Below the pieces are notes generated by a model. The model worked only from the letters and a program-made list of their open reading frames with translations, was not told the origin of the DNA and did no database searches. A DNA stretch of 64,000 nucleotides from a virus (Duplodnaviria; Caudoviricetes). The position numbers were made by a program, and so were the translations under genes. The stretch is from positions 6,249 through 70,248 of the IMG/VR virus record IMGVR_UViG_3300021408_000002. One strand, 5' to 3'. Shown one piece after another: positions 55,277 through 63,768 of the stretch; positions within the stretch are counted from its first letter, which is position 1; each line of letters begins with the position of its first letter.

Positions 55277-55812
55277 TGAACGTCTTGGAACAAGCCATGG
55301 AGCTGTGCTCCGTCCCTGGGTGCACGCGACGATCGAAGTGTCGCGGATGGTGCGGGGCACATCACGAACGCTGGCGAATGCATGGGGATGTTCAGGCGGA
55401 TCGACCGGTAGGCAAGCTGCCTCGGTCGGCTTGCCTGGCGTGCGGGAGCGAGGTTCGTCGGTCCACTAACCAATATTGCAGCCAGCGCTGTTCGAGCCTC
55501 CACCGGGATGCGGCCGCCACCCTTCGCTCCCTGGAGGTTCATCCGCGTTCGGTGCCCGTAGGGACGGAGCGGATGCGGGTTCATTCGAAAACGGGGGACA
55601 CCCGCGTTTGGGTCAAAGTCGCCGAACCACACACTTGGAGGCCCAGGGCGGTCGCCGTCTGGGAAGCCACCCACGGGCCACTACCAAGGGGCATGATCGT
55701 CCATCACAAGAATCGTGACGGCCTGCATGACCAAATCGACAACCTCGAAGCGATGACCCGCGCTGAGCACCTCGAGGAACACCGTCAGGAACTGACGGAG
55801 GCGAAGCGATGA
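55276..55812 (+). CDS. Zn-finger + HNH endonuclease
   Basis: CSVPGC...GWCGAHH..W.MHGD; WEATHGPLPRGMIVHHKNRDGLHDQIDNL. Confidence 0.88.
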   Translation: MNVLEQAMELCSVPGCTRRSKCRGWCGAHHERWRMHGDVQADRPVGKLPRSACLACGSEVRRSTNQYCSQRCSSLHRDAAATLRSLEVHPRSVPVGTERMRVHSKTGDTRVWVKVAEPHTWRPRAVAVWEATHGPLPRGMIVHHKNRDGLHDQIDNLEAMTRAEHLEEHRQELTEAKR

Positions 55813-56405
55813 CTGTCTACGCATTCGATCCGGCCCGCACCACCAACGCGCAAGCAATCGTCGATTGTGTCACCCTCGGCTATCTCGATGCTGAGGTGCC
55901 GACAATCGACGCGACAGCAAACTCCGGCAAATTCTGGAACCTGTGGCAACCCGAGAACCTCATCATGTCGGACCTGGACGAACGCTTCGCCACCGACTTC
56001 CACTGGGACTTCCTGGATCTCCCGCTACTTGACAACAGCGCTCCCCGAATCGTCTTCGACCCGCCCTACAAGTATGTCGGCACGTCAGCTCATGCTCTCG
56101 ACGGGAACTACGGCATCAACGAGTACCTGTCTGTGGCCCAGCGGGATGGACTGATCTGCGGCGGGGCCGTCGAGTGTGCGCGAGTGTTGGCCCGCGGCGG
56201 CCTGTTGTTCGTCAAGGTTCAGGACCAGGTTGTCTCGGGGCAGAAGCACTGGCAACGCCGGATGGTTGTGGACGCCCTGACGCATCTCCGATTGAAGGAT
56301 GAACTTCACGTCTCCGGCTACCGCGCTCAGCCCGAGGGACGACGACAGCTCCACTCAGCATCCAATGTCAGCACCTTGATGGTGTTCGAGAAGGGCAAGT
56401 CGTGA
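55809..56405 (+). CDS. DNA amino-methyltransferase (N6A/N4C type)
   Basis: IDATANSGKFW (motif I-like); VFDPPY; RVLARGGLL.VK.QD. Confidence 0.75.
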   Translation: MTVYAFDPARTTNAQAIVDCVTLGYLDAEVPTIDATANSGKFWNLWQPENLIMSDLDERFATDFHWDFLDLPLLDNSAPRIVFDPPYKYVGTSAHALDGNYGINEYLSVAQRDGLICGGAVECARVLARGGLLFVKVQDQVVSGQKHWQRRMVVDALTHLRLKDELHVSGYRAQPEGRRQLHSASNVSTLMVFEKGKS

Positions 56406-56698
56406 ACGAGTACAAGCGCAAGCTGACCAACGACCAGGTCGTCATGCTTCGGAGTCAGGCGGCCCACGGCGTCACTCAGGTCGAGTTGTCCCGCCGTTTT
56501 GGGGTCGCCGGCGCGCAGGTGTCCCGGATCGCCCGCGGGCTCCTCTATGCCGACGTCGGCGGCCCGATCACCGAAGCGAAGCTGCCGTGCAGCCGATGGG
56601 AGGGACTCGACCCGATGTTCTGGTACGCCCGACAAGGTAGACCGTGGGCGGAGGCGAAGCATTGCCTCCAGATGGTACGCCGGAGGGCCCGGGCATGA
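56402..56698 (+). CDS. HTH protein
   Basis: KLTNDQVVMLR...GVTQVELSRRFGVAGAQVSRI. Confidence 0.7.
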   Translation: MNEYKRKLTNDQVVMLRSQAAHGVTQVELSRRFGVAGAQVSRIARGLLYADVGGPITEAKLPCSRWEGLDPMFWYARQGRPWAEAKHCLQMVRRRARA

Positions 56699-56961
56699 GG
56701 TGGGCCGTCACCGCCAACTGTCTCGACTGCCATCACGTGGCAACCTGGGTTGACGTGCTGAACAAACATCGCAAGGCAACCGTCGCGCAAAGGCAGGTTT
56801 GGGCGGACACGCATTACGGGTTAACCGGCCACCACCGTTTCCGGTTCGCGACGACCGAGATCACCGACGTCTCGGTCGCCCACCTTCCACTGGATCCCAA
56901 TCAAGGTCTTCTCACTGACGACGAGAATTACTCGACTTTCCATCTGGGTGGCGAATCGTGA
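56695..56961 (+). CDS. Small hypothetical protein
   Basis: GGAGG RBS; CLDC. Confidence 0.55.
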   Translation: MRWAVTANCLDCHHVATWVDVLNKHRKATVAQRQVWADTHYGLTGHHRFRFATTEITDVSVAHLPLDPNQGLLTDDENYSTFHLGGES

Positions 56962-57071
56962 ACTGGGTGATCGGTGCCAGCGTGTTTGTTGGTGCTGGCG
57001 CGGTGGCGTACATCGCTATGGTGTTCATCGGTCGCCTGGTCGGCGAAGATGATGATTGGAGTGAGCCGTGA
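56958..57071 (+). CDS. 37-aa TM peptide
   Basis: GTGA overlaps; hydrophobic core. Confidence 0.5.
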   Translation: MNWVIGASVFVGAGAVAYIAMVFIGRLVGEDDDWSEP

Positions 57072-57280
57072 AGCGGTTCCGGGCGATGCGCGATCCGCGG
57101 CACCAGCTTCATTGGTGGCGCGTGTTCGACACCGAGGAGATGGTGTGGATGAGTAGCTGCGTCGACATCAGCCGTTGGAAAGTCGCTACCGCAGCTCGAG
57201 GCATGAACCGTGTCGACCGGAAACATCCGGGACGGCGCGCCGACAGCTATCTTCGAACACAGTCGCAAGCATCCGGTTAG
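57068..57280 (+). CDS. Small hypothetical protein
   Basis: GGAG RBS, GTGA overlap. Confidence 0.45.
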   Translation: MKRFRAMRDPRHQLHWWRVFDTEEMVWMSSCVDISRWKVATAARGMNRVDRKHPGRRADSYLRTQSQASG

Positions 57281-57358
57281 TCGCTATCAGCCCGTGTGAG
57301 TCGGGACGCGATGAAGGGACCGCAGGAATTTGACTTTTCCACCTGTTGGTCGGATGCT

Positions 57359-57415
57359 CCCCGGTCGCATGCGCTTGGTCGTGCGACCGGGGCGACACCT
57401 TGAACCTCTAGTTCA
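57359..57415. terminator. Strong hairpin(s) at a convergent junction; possible bidirectional terminator
   Basis: Perfect 11-bp IR CCCCGGTCGCA (57359-69)/TGCGACCGGGG (57382-92), then TGAAC/GTTCA. Confidence 0.6.
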
Positions 57416-57565
57416 GGTTGAACCCTCAGCCGGATGCGGCGCGAGTTTGCCGGCGTCACCCGCGGCGAGTTCGTCGATCCCGTGTTTGCGGTTGATGTCG
57501 GAGAGCGTGTCGAAGACGAACTGGCGGTCACTGAACGCACGGCCACCGGTCACGCAGAGTCGCAT
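57413..57565 (-). pseudogene. Truncated SLOG/YspA-like (DUF2493-type) gene remnant
   Basis: MRLCVTGGRAFSDRQFVFDTL...IDELAAGDAG then stop at 50 aa. Confidence 0.6.
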
Positions 57566-57774
57566 GGGTTCTCCTCGGTGATGCAGTGGGTGACCGCTGT
57601 GAGCTCAATCTCCTCAAACTCCGGGCATGGCGGCGGCGGGCCAAGTGGGCAGCGGCCACGCTTGACGCGCCACCACCACCGAAGCCGATAGACGTACCAG
57701 CCGACCAGACAGTCACGTAGCGTTCTCATGGTCCCCACCTTGTCACGCTCGTCAACGGATACGACGCGACCCAT
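57550..57774 (-). CDS. Small hypothetical protein
   Basis: ORF track; Trp/Cys-rich. Confidence 0.4.
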   Translation of the reverse strand: MGRVVSVDERDKVGTMRTLRDCLVGWYVYRLRWWWRVKRGRCPLGPPPPCPEFEEIELTAVTHCITEENPCDSA

Positions 57775-57877
57775 TGCCTGTCGTTGTAGCGCTGATGGGT
57801 GATGACAAGAACGCCATGGTGAGCCACAGCGAAACAGTCCGGATGATGCCTCTTCTCACCGTTCGTCAACTCAACGG

Positions 57878-58168
57878 TCATGGATTTTCAGCTTTGCGGA
57901 GGACAGCGACAACGGCATCATCAGGGAACGCGAGATAGTTGGCGAACGTCGCCCTGATTTCGTGGAGTAGTTCACACGCTTCGTTCATCCAGGTCTTCAG
58001 TTCGCCGTTGACTTCGGACGATTCCTCGCGCTCCATCGTCCGAATGTTCTCGAGGTGCTCGATCTGGTCGGCGGCGTCCCGAAGGATCGCGGCGAGACCC
58101 GGGAGGCGGATGCCAGGATCGTCGAGGGCAGTCGCCAGATCCCGCAGATCGTCGACGCGGGCGCTCAC
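57878..58168 (-). CDS. Coiled-coil hypothetical protein
   Basis: GTGA overlap. Confidence 0.55.
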   Translation of the reverse strand: MSARVDDLRDLATALDDPGIRLPGLAAILRDAADQIEHLENIRTMEREESSEVNGELKTWMNEACELLHEIRATFANYLAFPDDAVVAVLRKAENP

Positions 58169-58404
58169 TTCAGCCCGAAATCTGCGAGGAGTGCTGCGCC
58201 GGCGCTCGAGGTGTCGACTCCGTGTGCCGCCGCTGCCGCCTTCGGGTCGGAGCGCGTCGACTCGTTGATGTGTTTCTGCACGAGCCGGTCGACGTAGTCG
58301 CGTGGACTCAACCCGTCTTGCCGGGCGAGTACGACGAGGACGTCATGCATGTGGACTGGGAGACGAAACGCAATCGAGTCTCCCTTCAAACGAGGTCGGC
58401 TCAT
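58165..58404 (-). CDS. Ribbon-helix-helix DNA-binding protein
   Basis: SIAFRLPVHMHDVLVVLARQDGLSPRDYV. Confidence 0.7.
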   Translation of the reverse strand: MSRPRLKGDSIAFRLPVHMHDVLVVLARQDGLSPRDYVDRLVQKHINESTRSDPKAAAAAHGVDTSSAGAALLADFGLK

Positions 58405-59063
58405 TGGCTGGTCTCCTTCGGTTTGGTGGTCTGGTAGCACGTGTAGTCGACTTGTTCGAGCTGGAAGGGCTGCTCGAGGCTGGCGTTGTAGCGATCGACG
58501 GCGTGGCGGGCGCCTTCCCAATGCCCGTAGTCGTCGATGATCAGGATGCCGCCGGGGGAGAGCAACGGGTAGAGGTAGGTGAGTTCGTGGAAGGTGGATT
58601 CGTACCAGTCGGTGTCCAACCGGAGCACCGAGATCCCGCCGGGTACATGCATCGGGATGGTCTCTTCCACCGGGCCGGGCACGAGGCTGAGTAAATCGGC
58701 GGGATAGCCGGTCGAGGTCATGTTCGCTGCCACTTCATCAATGCCGGCAATCGCCCACACATGATCGGTTGGTTTCGCTGCGGCCAGGATTTCGGCCGCG
58801 AAGTGCCCGGCATGGGTCCTGTCGATCTCTGCGGGCTTCGTCATCCCTTCGAACGTGTCGTACAGCCAGAGCGGTCGGTGCTCACCGTCGCACATCGCGG
58901 TGATTGCCATCGCCATCGCGCAACCACCTTTCCACACGCCGCATTCGACGAAGGCGCCGGGGATGCCGGAGGCCAGGACGTGCTCGACGGCTCGGCAGGT
59001 CGCGTTGAGACTCTTACGCGACGTCATCGTGAAATCCTGAAGCTGCGCGTAGAGGTCGTTCAT
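58401..59063 (-). CDS. TylF/MycF-family sugar O-methyltransferase
   Basis: GAFVECGVWKGG; LYDTFEG; LRLDTDWYEST; GGILIIDDY. Confidence 0.92.
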   Translation of the reverse strand: MNDLYAQLQDFTMTSRKSLNATCRAVEHVLASGIPGAFVECGVWKGGCAMAMAITAMCDGEHRPLWLYDTFEGMTKPAEIDRTHAGHFAAEILAAAKPTDHVWAIAGIDEVAANMTSTGYPADLLSLVPGPVEETIPMHVPGGISVLRLDTDWYESTFHELTYLYPLLSPGGILIIDDYGHWEGARHAVDRYNASLEQPFQLEQVDYTCYQTTKPKETSQ

Positions 59064-59374
59064 GGCATGCGGACCCATTCGATGTCGAGTTCCATCGGTC
59101 GGCGGCGGTGCGAGTATCCGAACATCCCGGACTCGATCAGCTTCAGCGCTTCTTCGCAGTCGGCACGGGTCTCGTAGCCGAGGCTATTGCCGAGCGAATC
59201 GTCGACACCGCGCAGTCCTTCGACGGTGTCGATCAGCGTGTAGATGACGGTGTTCCGAAGGTTGAACGGCTTCGTCGCGACCACCCAGCGGCCGTCAATG
59301 GAGACGGCCTGGATCTCGTAGGAGTTGTGCTCCGCGAGGAACTTGACGCGATCTCCGACCTTCATGGCGTCCAC
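59060..59374 (-). CDS. Hypothetical protein
   Basis: ATGA overlap. Confidence 0.6.
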   Translation of the reverse strand: MDAMKVGDRVKFLAEHNSYEIQAVSIDGRWVVATKPFNLRNTVIYTLIDTVEGLRGVDDSLGNSLGYETRADCEEALKLIESGMFGYSHRRRPMELDIEWVRMP

Positions 59375-60063
59375 CGCCAGATCCGTTGCGCGCCGCGTGC
59401 GGGGATCGGGTCGCAGTGGCCAGCGCCGTCACAAACCGGACAGTTGTGATGATGTCCGACCCATCCACCGGCGCATCCGTCGTCATCACATCCGGTTCCC
59501 CAGCACCATGGGCAGCGCGCCTGGGTGCTGGCCGCGTCCTCGATCAGCCAGGCGTAGCGGCCGGGCGTGAAGTCGCCGTACGGCGTCTGTCCTGGGTACT
59601 CAACGTGATGAGAGTCGGCCGTCATGACATGGACATCGCCGTGGACCGTGGCGATCGCGAACGCCCCGGCGCGCATCTCCGGATCTGCGACGATCAGGTA
59701 GCTGGCGGTGATGCGGCCCGACCCGACGATCGCACCGAGCGGCAACGGGACGTGTTGCGACCGGTCGAAGCGAGCAGCCCCCCGAACCATTACCACATCG
59801 CCATTGGCCAGTTCGACCATCTCGTAGTCGCCGATGCGGGCAAAGTCCTTTGGCTTCCGCCGTGTGGCGTGGAAGGCGATCCGTTCGCCGATGAGTGCGG
59901 GTGGGCACGGCCACGAGCGTGTCTCGAACCGCTTCACCATCGAGACTGCCGGGCAATGCGTGCTGTGCGGTAGATCCGACATGAACGAATACGGTCGGCA
60001 GTCGCATGGTTGGCGGGTGACACACAGTGACGCCCACGGCTGATGGAGGCTGACGACTTTCAT
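59362..60063 (-). CDS. ASCH domain protein with Cys inserts
   Basis: VSLHQPWASL; KRFETRSW; IAFHA; PLGAIVG; GDFTPGRYAW; C-terminal CxxC pair. Confidence 0.85.
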   Translation of the reverse strand: MKVVSLHQPWASLCVTRQPCDCRPYSFMSDLPHSTHCPAVSMVKRFETRSWPCPPALIGERIAFHATRRKPKDFARIGDYEMVELANGDVVMVRGAARFDRSQHVPLPLGAIVGSGRITASYLIVADPEMRAGAFAIATVHGDVHVMTADSHHVEYPGQTPYGDFTPGRYAWLIEDAASTQARCPWCWGTGCDDDGCAGGWVGHHHNCPVCDGAGHCDPIPARGAQRIWRWTP

Positions 60064-60470
60064 GCCGGTGCCGTCCATCCACCTTCGGCGACGATGTCCG
60101 TCGGTAAACCGGCTGTGGGGTCACGGGGTGGGATTTCTTCGAGCAGGACGCCGAGTTCTTCGAGCGCGTCGTCGGTGACGGCGTCGAGGTTGCTGGAGCG
60201 GATGACGTCGTTCATCTTGCGCTGGAAGGCGAGGATCGCCTGGTCGCGCTCAGGGGTCGGGGCGGGCTCGGTGCCGGTGAAATAGCTGATGCCGCCGCGG
60301 ACTCCTCCGAACGCCGGCAGGCTGGAGGCGATGGAGCCCTCGCGATGGTCGACGTGTTCGCGTTCTTGTCGCATCGCGAGGACGTTCTTGGCGTAGCGGC
60401 GCAGCTTGGCGAGCTGGCCGGTGTCGACGAGTTTGCGGAGGTTGTAGAGGTCGATCGGGTCGATGGTCAT
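60060..60470 (-). CDS. Hypothetical protein
   Basis: AAGGTG RBS, ATGA overlap. Confidence 0.55.
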   Translation of the reverse strand: MTIDPIDLYNLRKLVDTGQLAKLRRYAKNVLAMRQEREHVDHREGSIASSLPAFGGVRGGISYFTGTEPAPTPERDQAILAFQRKMNDVIRSSNLDAVTDDALEELGVLLEEIPPRDPTAGLPTDIVAEGGWTAPA

Positions 60471-60624
60471 GGGATCACCTTGGTTGCTTGGGTTACGTGG
60501 TTGGCGAAGGCGCCGCGGGCGGCACGACGGCTGTCGTGCGAGTCGCTGGCCCAGCCGCATGTGCAGCGGGCGTTCCAGCGGGCGTTCCAGCGGGAGAAAT
60601 GGGTGAGTTTGAGAATGTGGAGGG

Positions 60625-60882
60625 TCATGGGATGCGCTGCCAGCCGTACTCGGCCATGATCTCGGTGTCGACGACACGGATTTCGTCGAGATCTCGCATG
60701 AAGATGAAGATTGGGCAGGTGAGCCCCTCCGAACGCAACCAGCCGGAGATGGCGTCGACCATCTGTTGGGCGCCGTCGGCCAACCGGGACGGGTCGTCGC
60801 TTTTGATCGCGAGGATGAACGGCCCGTCGGGGATCGGCATGGCTTTGAGTTGGTCGAGGATCATGGTTCGAGCGCGTGGCAT
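60625..60882 (-). CDS. Small hypothetical protein
   Basis: ORF track, overlap-coupled. Confidence 0.5.
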   Translation of the reverse strand: MPRARTMILDQLKAMPIPDGPFILAIKSDDPSRLADGAQQMVDAISGWLRSEGLTCPIFIFMRDLDEIRVVDTEIMAEYGWQRIP

Positions 60883-61238
60883 CGCATCTGGAACCCAGGC
60901 GAATCCATCGGGTAGGTCTTGACTTCTCCGGTGAACGTCCAGCCCGGGTAGTCGCGGTTCCGGTAGTTGATGAGATATTCGAGGGCCTCGCCTTGGGTGT
61001 CGCCGGCTGCGACGAGTTCGACGGTCCGTTTCGTCTTCGGTTGTCTGGCAAGAACGGCTCGGGCCGCTTTGATGTAGTCGGGGGCAGCGGATGCCTTGTT
61101 GGGCCAGCCCGTGGCATCGTTGATGGCGATGGTGCGAATGTAGGCGCAGAGTTCTTCGAAGTCGTGGGGGAAGGCGTCGCCGATCATCTGGGCGATCTCG
61201 TGTTCCTGGTTTGGGGTGAGGATGGGGGTCGGGATCAT
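60861..61238 (-). CDS. Hypothetical protein
   Basis: AAAGGA RBS. Confidence 0.55.
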   Translation of the reverse strand: MIPTPILTPNQEHEIAQMIGDAFPHDFEELCAYIRTIAINDATGWPNKASAAPDYIKAARAVLARQPKTKRTVELVAAGDTQGEALEYLINYRNRDYPGWTFTGEVKTYPMDSPGFQMRCHALEP

Positions 61239-61407
61239 GGGAATTCCTTTCGGGCGATGTCGGAGCCGGGAGACACGCGGGCTCGAGGTGCGGGTTCGAA
61301 CTGGGGTTGCTGGACCGGGTTGTGATCTTCGACGGCTTTGGCGAGCCGGTTGAGTGCCTTGACGGCGTCGCGGCCGAGGCTGTAGAAGTCCCGAAGCGTG
61401 GCAGTGT

Positions 61408-61707
61408 TCACGTCGTCTCCTCGAGCGCTTCGAGCAGGGCGGCGCGAGCAGTGTTGTACTGCGCCAAGGTTTCGGCGCCGACGGAGTTCCCGTAGCGGGC
61501 GCGGGCGTCGATGTAGTTGCCGCGGAGTTCCCACAGTTTCACTTGCCGTTCGGATTCCAGGTAGTCGGGGCTCGTGAAGATCGCCTGGAAATCGGTGTTT
61601 GTGAAGGCTTTCTGGGTGGCATCGTCGACGGCTTCGCGGACGACGGGGGTGATGGCTTTGAGGGCTGCTGCTTCGGCGATGCGGCGGAGTGCTTCGTCGA
61701 CGGTCAT
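61408..61707 (-). CDS. Helical hypothetical protein
   Basis: AAGGAG RBS. Confidence 0.55.
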   Translation of the reverse strand: MTVDEALRRIAEAAALKAITPVVREAVDDATQKAFTNTDFQAIFTSPDYLESERQVKLWELRGNYIDARARYGNSVGAETLAQYNTARAALLEALEETT

Positions 61708-61915
61708 GAGTTCTCCTTGAAGCAGGTGTGGCAGGGTCGGGCGAACAGGTCGGCGTGTTCGCGTCGCAGGTAGGCGGACCACCAGCGCTGGTTTTTGTCG
61801 CGCCACCCGCAGGCCATGACGGGGACGTTCTGACGGTCGACGAACTCGACGTTCGTGAGCCGGTGGTAGACGGGGCATGGTTCGTCGGTCATCAGGATGA
61901 CGACCCGCTGGATGC

Positions 61916-62317
61916 TCATGAGGTCTCCTTGTCGGCGGCTCGAACAGCGTTTTCGAGGGCGGCGAGCAGGGTGGGTCCGTTGAACCATTCGCCGTCGAGC
62001 CCGGAGTCGGTATTGATGAAGTGGATGCCCCAGTCGTTGTGCCACATCACCTCGCCGAGGAAGTAGGTGCCACTTCGCAGCCAGGCCAGCAGGTCGTCGA
62101 CTTCGACACGGTCGGCGGTTCGACGCTCGCCGTCGTCTTCACGGTCAGCGGTGATCCATTCGTCTTCGCTGTTGTGGCTCTGGAAGTCGGGGTTGCGGCG
62201 CCACCCGATGATTTCGGCGATGGTGCGGCCGGTCATCACGGCTTCTGGCGTGTTGCTCGATGAGTTCGTTGCGGTGTCGATCGTGATTCCGGCGATGCGA
62301 CGATCTGGGGTGGTCAT
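61916..62317 (-). CDS. Hypothetical protein
   Basis: ATGA overlaps; ends in AGGAG RBS of next gene. Confidence 0.55.
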   Translation of the reverse strand: MTTPDRRIAGITIDTATNSSSNTPEAVMTGRTIAEIIGWRRNPDFQSHNSEDEWITADREDDGERRTADRVEVDDLLAWLRSGTYFLGEVMWHNDWGIHFINTDSGLDGEWFNGPTLLAALENAVRAADKETS

Positions 62318-62909
62318 CGGGGTTCTGCCGGGACGGGTCCGTCGGCGTTGTGGATGATGGCGGCAGCCTTGCGGTGTTTGCAGTCGGTTTGCCACAGCCA
62401 GCGGGAGATGCCGTTGAACAGGTCGTGGCAGCGGCGCAGGATGTAGGGCGCACTGCATTCGCCGCAGACCGGCCAGATCTCGGGGTCGGGTTGCGGATTC
62501 ATGAGGTCTCCCGGTCGTGCCAGCGTTGGCGGGTTTCGGATTTCAGCCAGCGATCTCTGAGCCATATGACGCCGGGGCCGACCATGGCAGCCCAGAACAG
62601 GGCTTGGGGGATGGTGTCCGGGACGTAGCTGGAGACGACGAGTCGGTCTTCGGGGGTCACGGTCGTTTGGCTTCGTATTGTTCGATGCTCACATCGCCTC
62701 GTTCGATGATCAGAGTCTCGGCGACGACGTTGTCGACGAGGTCGCCGATGCTGAAGGTTCCGGAGGCTTCGCGTTGTTCGAGATCGAATCCGAGGCGGAC
62801 GGCCTTGGCACGGAGGAGGTAGGCGATGCGTCGGCCCGAGGTGGGTTGGGTCATGGTTGGTCCTTTGAGTAGTCGAGGGTTCCTTGGAAGGGCGTGTGGT
62901 CGGGTTGGG

Positions 62910-63143
62910 TCACCGCTTCCTCCGTGACATCGTTGCGCCGACCATGATTCCGAGTGTTGAGCCAAGGGCGGCGGCTCCGAAGTCGTTGAAGATCAAGGCG
63001 AGCACTGCTGAGCCCAACCAGACGAGGATGCCGACCGCGGCTAGTCCGACGATGATGTCGCGGCGCTTCGTGGTTGGTCGAATTGCTTCGGGCGGTCCGG
63101 CCGCTCGGGTGACAGCCCGTTCGAGGTCATGATCCTTCGGCAT
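62910..63143 (-). CDS. Two-TM membrane protein, first gene of - operon
   Basis: TAGGAT-N6-ATG; hydrophobic helices. Confidence 0.65.
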   Translation of the reverse strand: MPKDHDLERAVTRAAGPPEAIRPTTKRRDIIVGLAAVGILVWLGSAVLALIFNDFGAAALGSTLGIMVGATMSRRKR

Positions 63144-63220
63144 CCCACCATCCTACCCGTTCCCGGTCCCGTATACAAGGGATTCTCGTAATTCCTCATG
63201 GGATCTGCTATCATGCCTGT

Positions 63221-63469
63221 ATGACCACTCCCCGCAGAAACGTCACGTTCTCGATCCATCCGGAGATCCTCGAGCGACTCGCGCTGGCCGCGCAAGCCGA
63301 AGGCCGCTCCAGAAGCAATCTGGTCGAACGTATAATTCTTTCGGCCTTGCCGGCCTACGAACCGTGTCAGGTTCACGCCGACGGCCAACATCGATGGAAG
63401 CCGCTCGAGACAGGCAGTGATTCCGCACCGACCTGGGTCGAAGATGATGCTCCGATCGACCTCGAATGA
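63221..63469 (+). CDS. Ribbon-helix-helix (CopG-like) protein
   Basis: NVTFSIHPEILERLALAAQAEGRSRSNLVERII; TGC-TATCAT-N6-ATG. Confidence 0.8.
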   Translation: MTTPRRNVTFSIHPEILERLALAAQAEGRSRSNLVERIILSALPAYEPCQVHADGQHRWKPLETGSDSAPTWVEDDAPIDLE

Positions 63470-63726
63470 GCCCTGTAGTCGATACGACGACGAAACGTAG
63501 TACGATCGACGACATGCCCGCCAAACAGGTCACCAGCATCCGCCTCAGAGACGAAGCCATCCACTACCTCGACACCCTCGCCCGACTCGCCGACCGAAGC
63601 CGATCCAACACCCTCGAACGCCTCATCGCAACCCACAAACCACCCGAAGGGCTCGGCCAAGCAGAACGAACCTGCCGCGACGCCCACAAAGCCCTCCTCG
63701 CCGCCCGCAACCCCGAAAACCCCTGA
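63466..63726 (+). CDS. Ribbon-helix-helix (CopG-like) protein
   Basis: VTSIRLRDEAIHYLDTLARLADRSRSNTLERLI. Confidence 0.8.
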   Translation: MSPVVDTTTKRSTIDDMPAKQVTSIRLRDEAIHYLDTLARLADRSRSNTLERLIATHKPPEGLGQAERTCRDAHKALLAARNPENP

Positions 63727-63735
63727 TAGCGGACC

Positions 63736-63768
63736 GAACCGCCCACGAACCGCCCACGAACCGTCCCA
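63736..63768 (+). repeat. 3 x 11-bp direct repeat GAACCG(C/T)CC(A/C)(C/A)
   Basis: GAACCGCCCAC x2 then GAACCGTCCCA. Confidence 0.75.

Noticed and set aside
60568-60595. 12-bp tandem duplication (RWNA RWNA) in a small ORF
   Set aside because: Only two copies, in frame; ordinary slippage.
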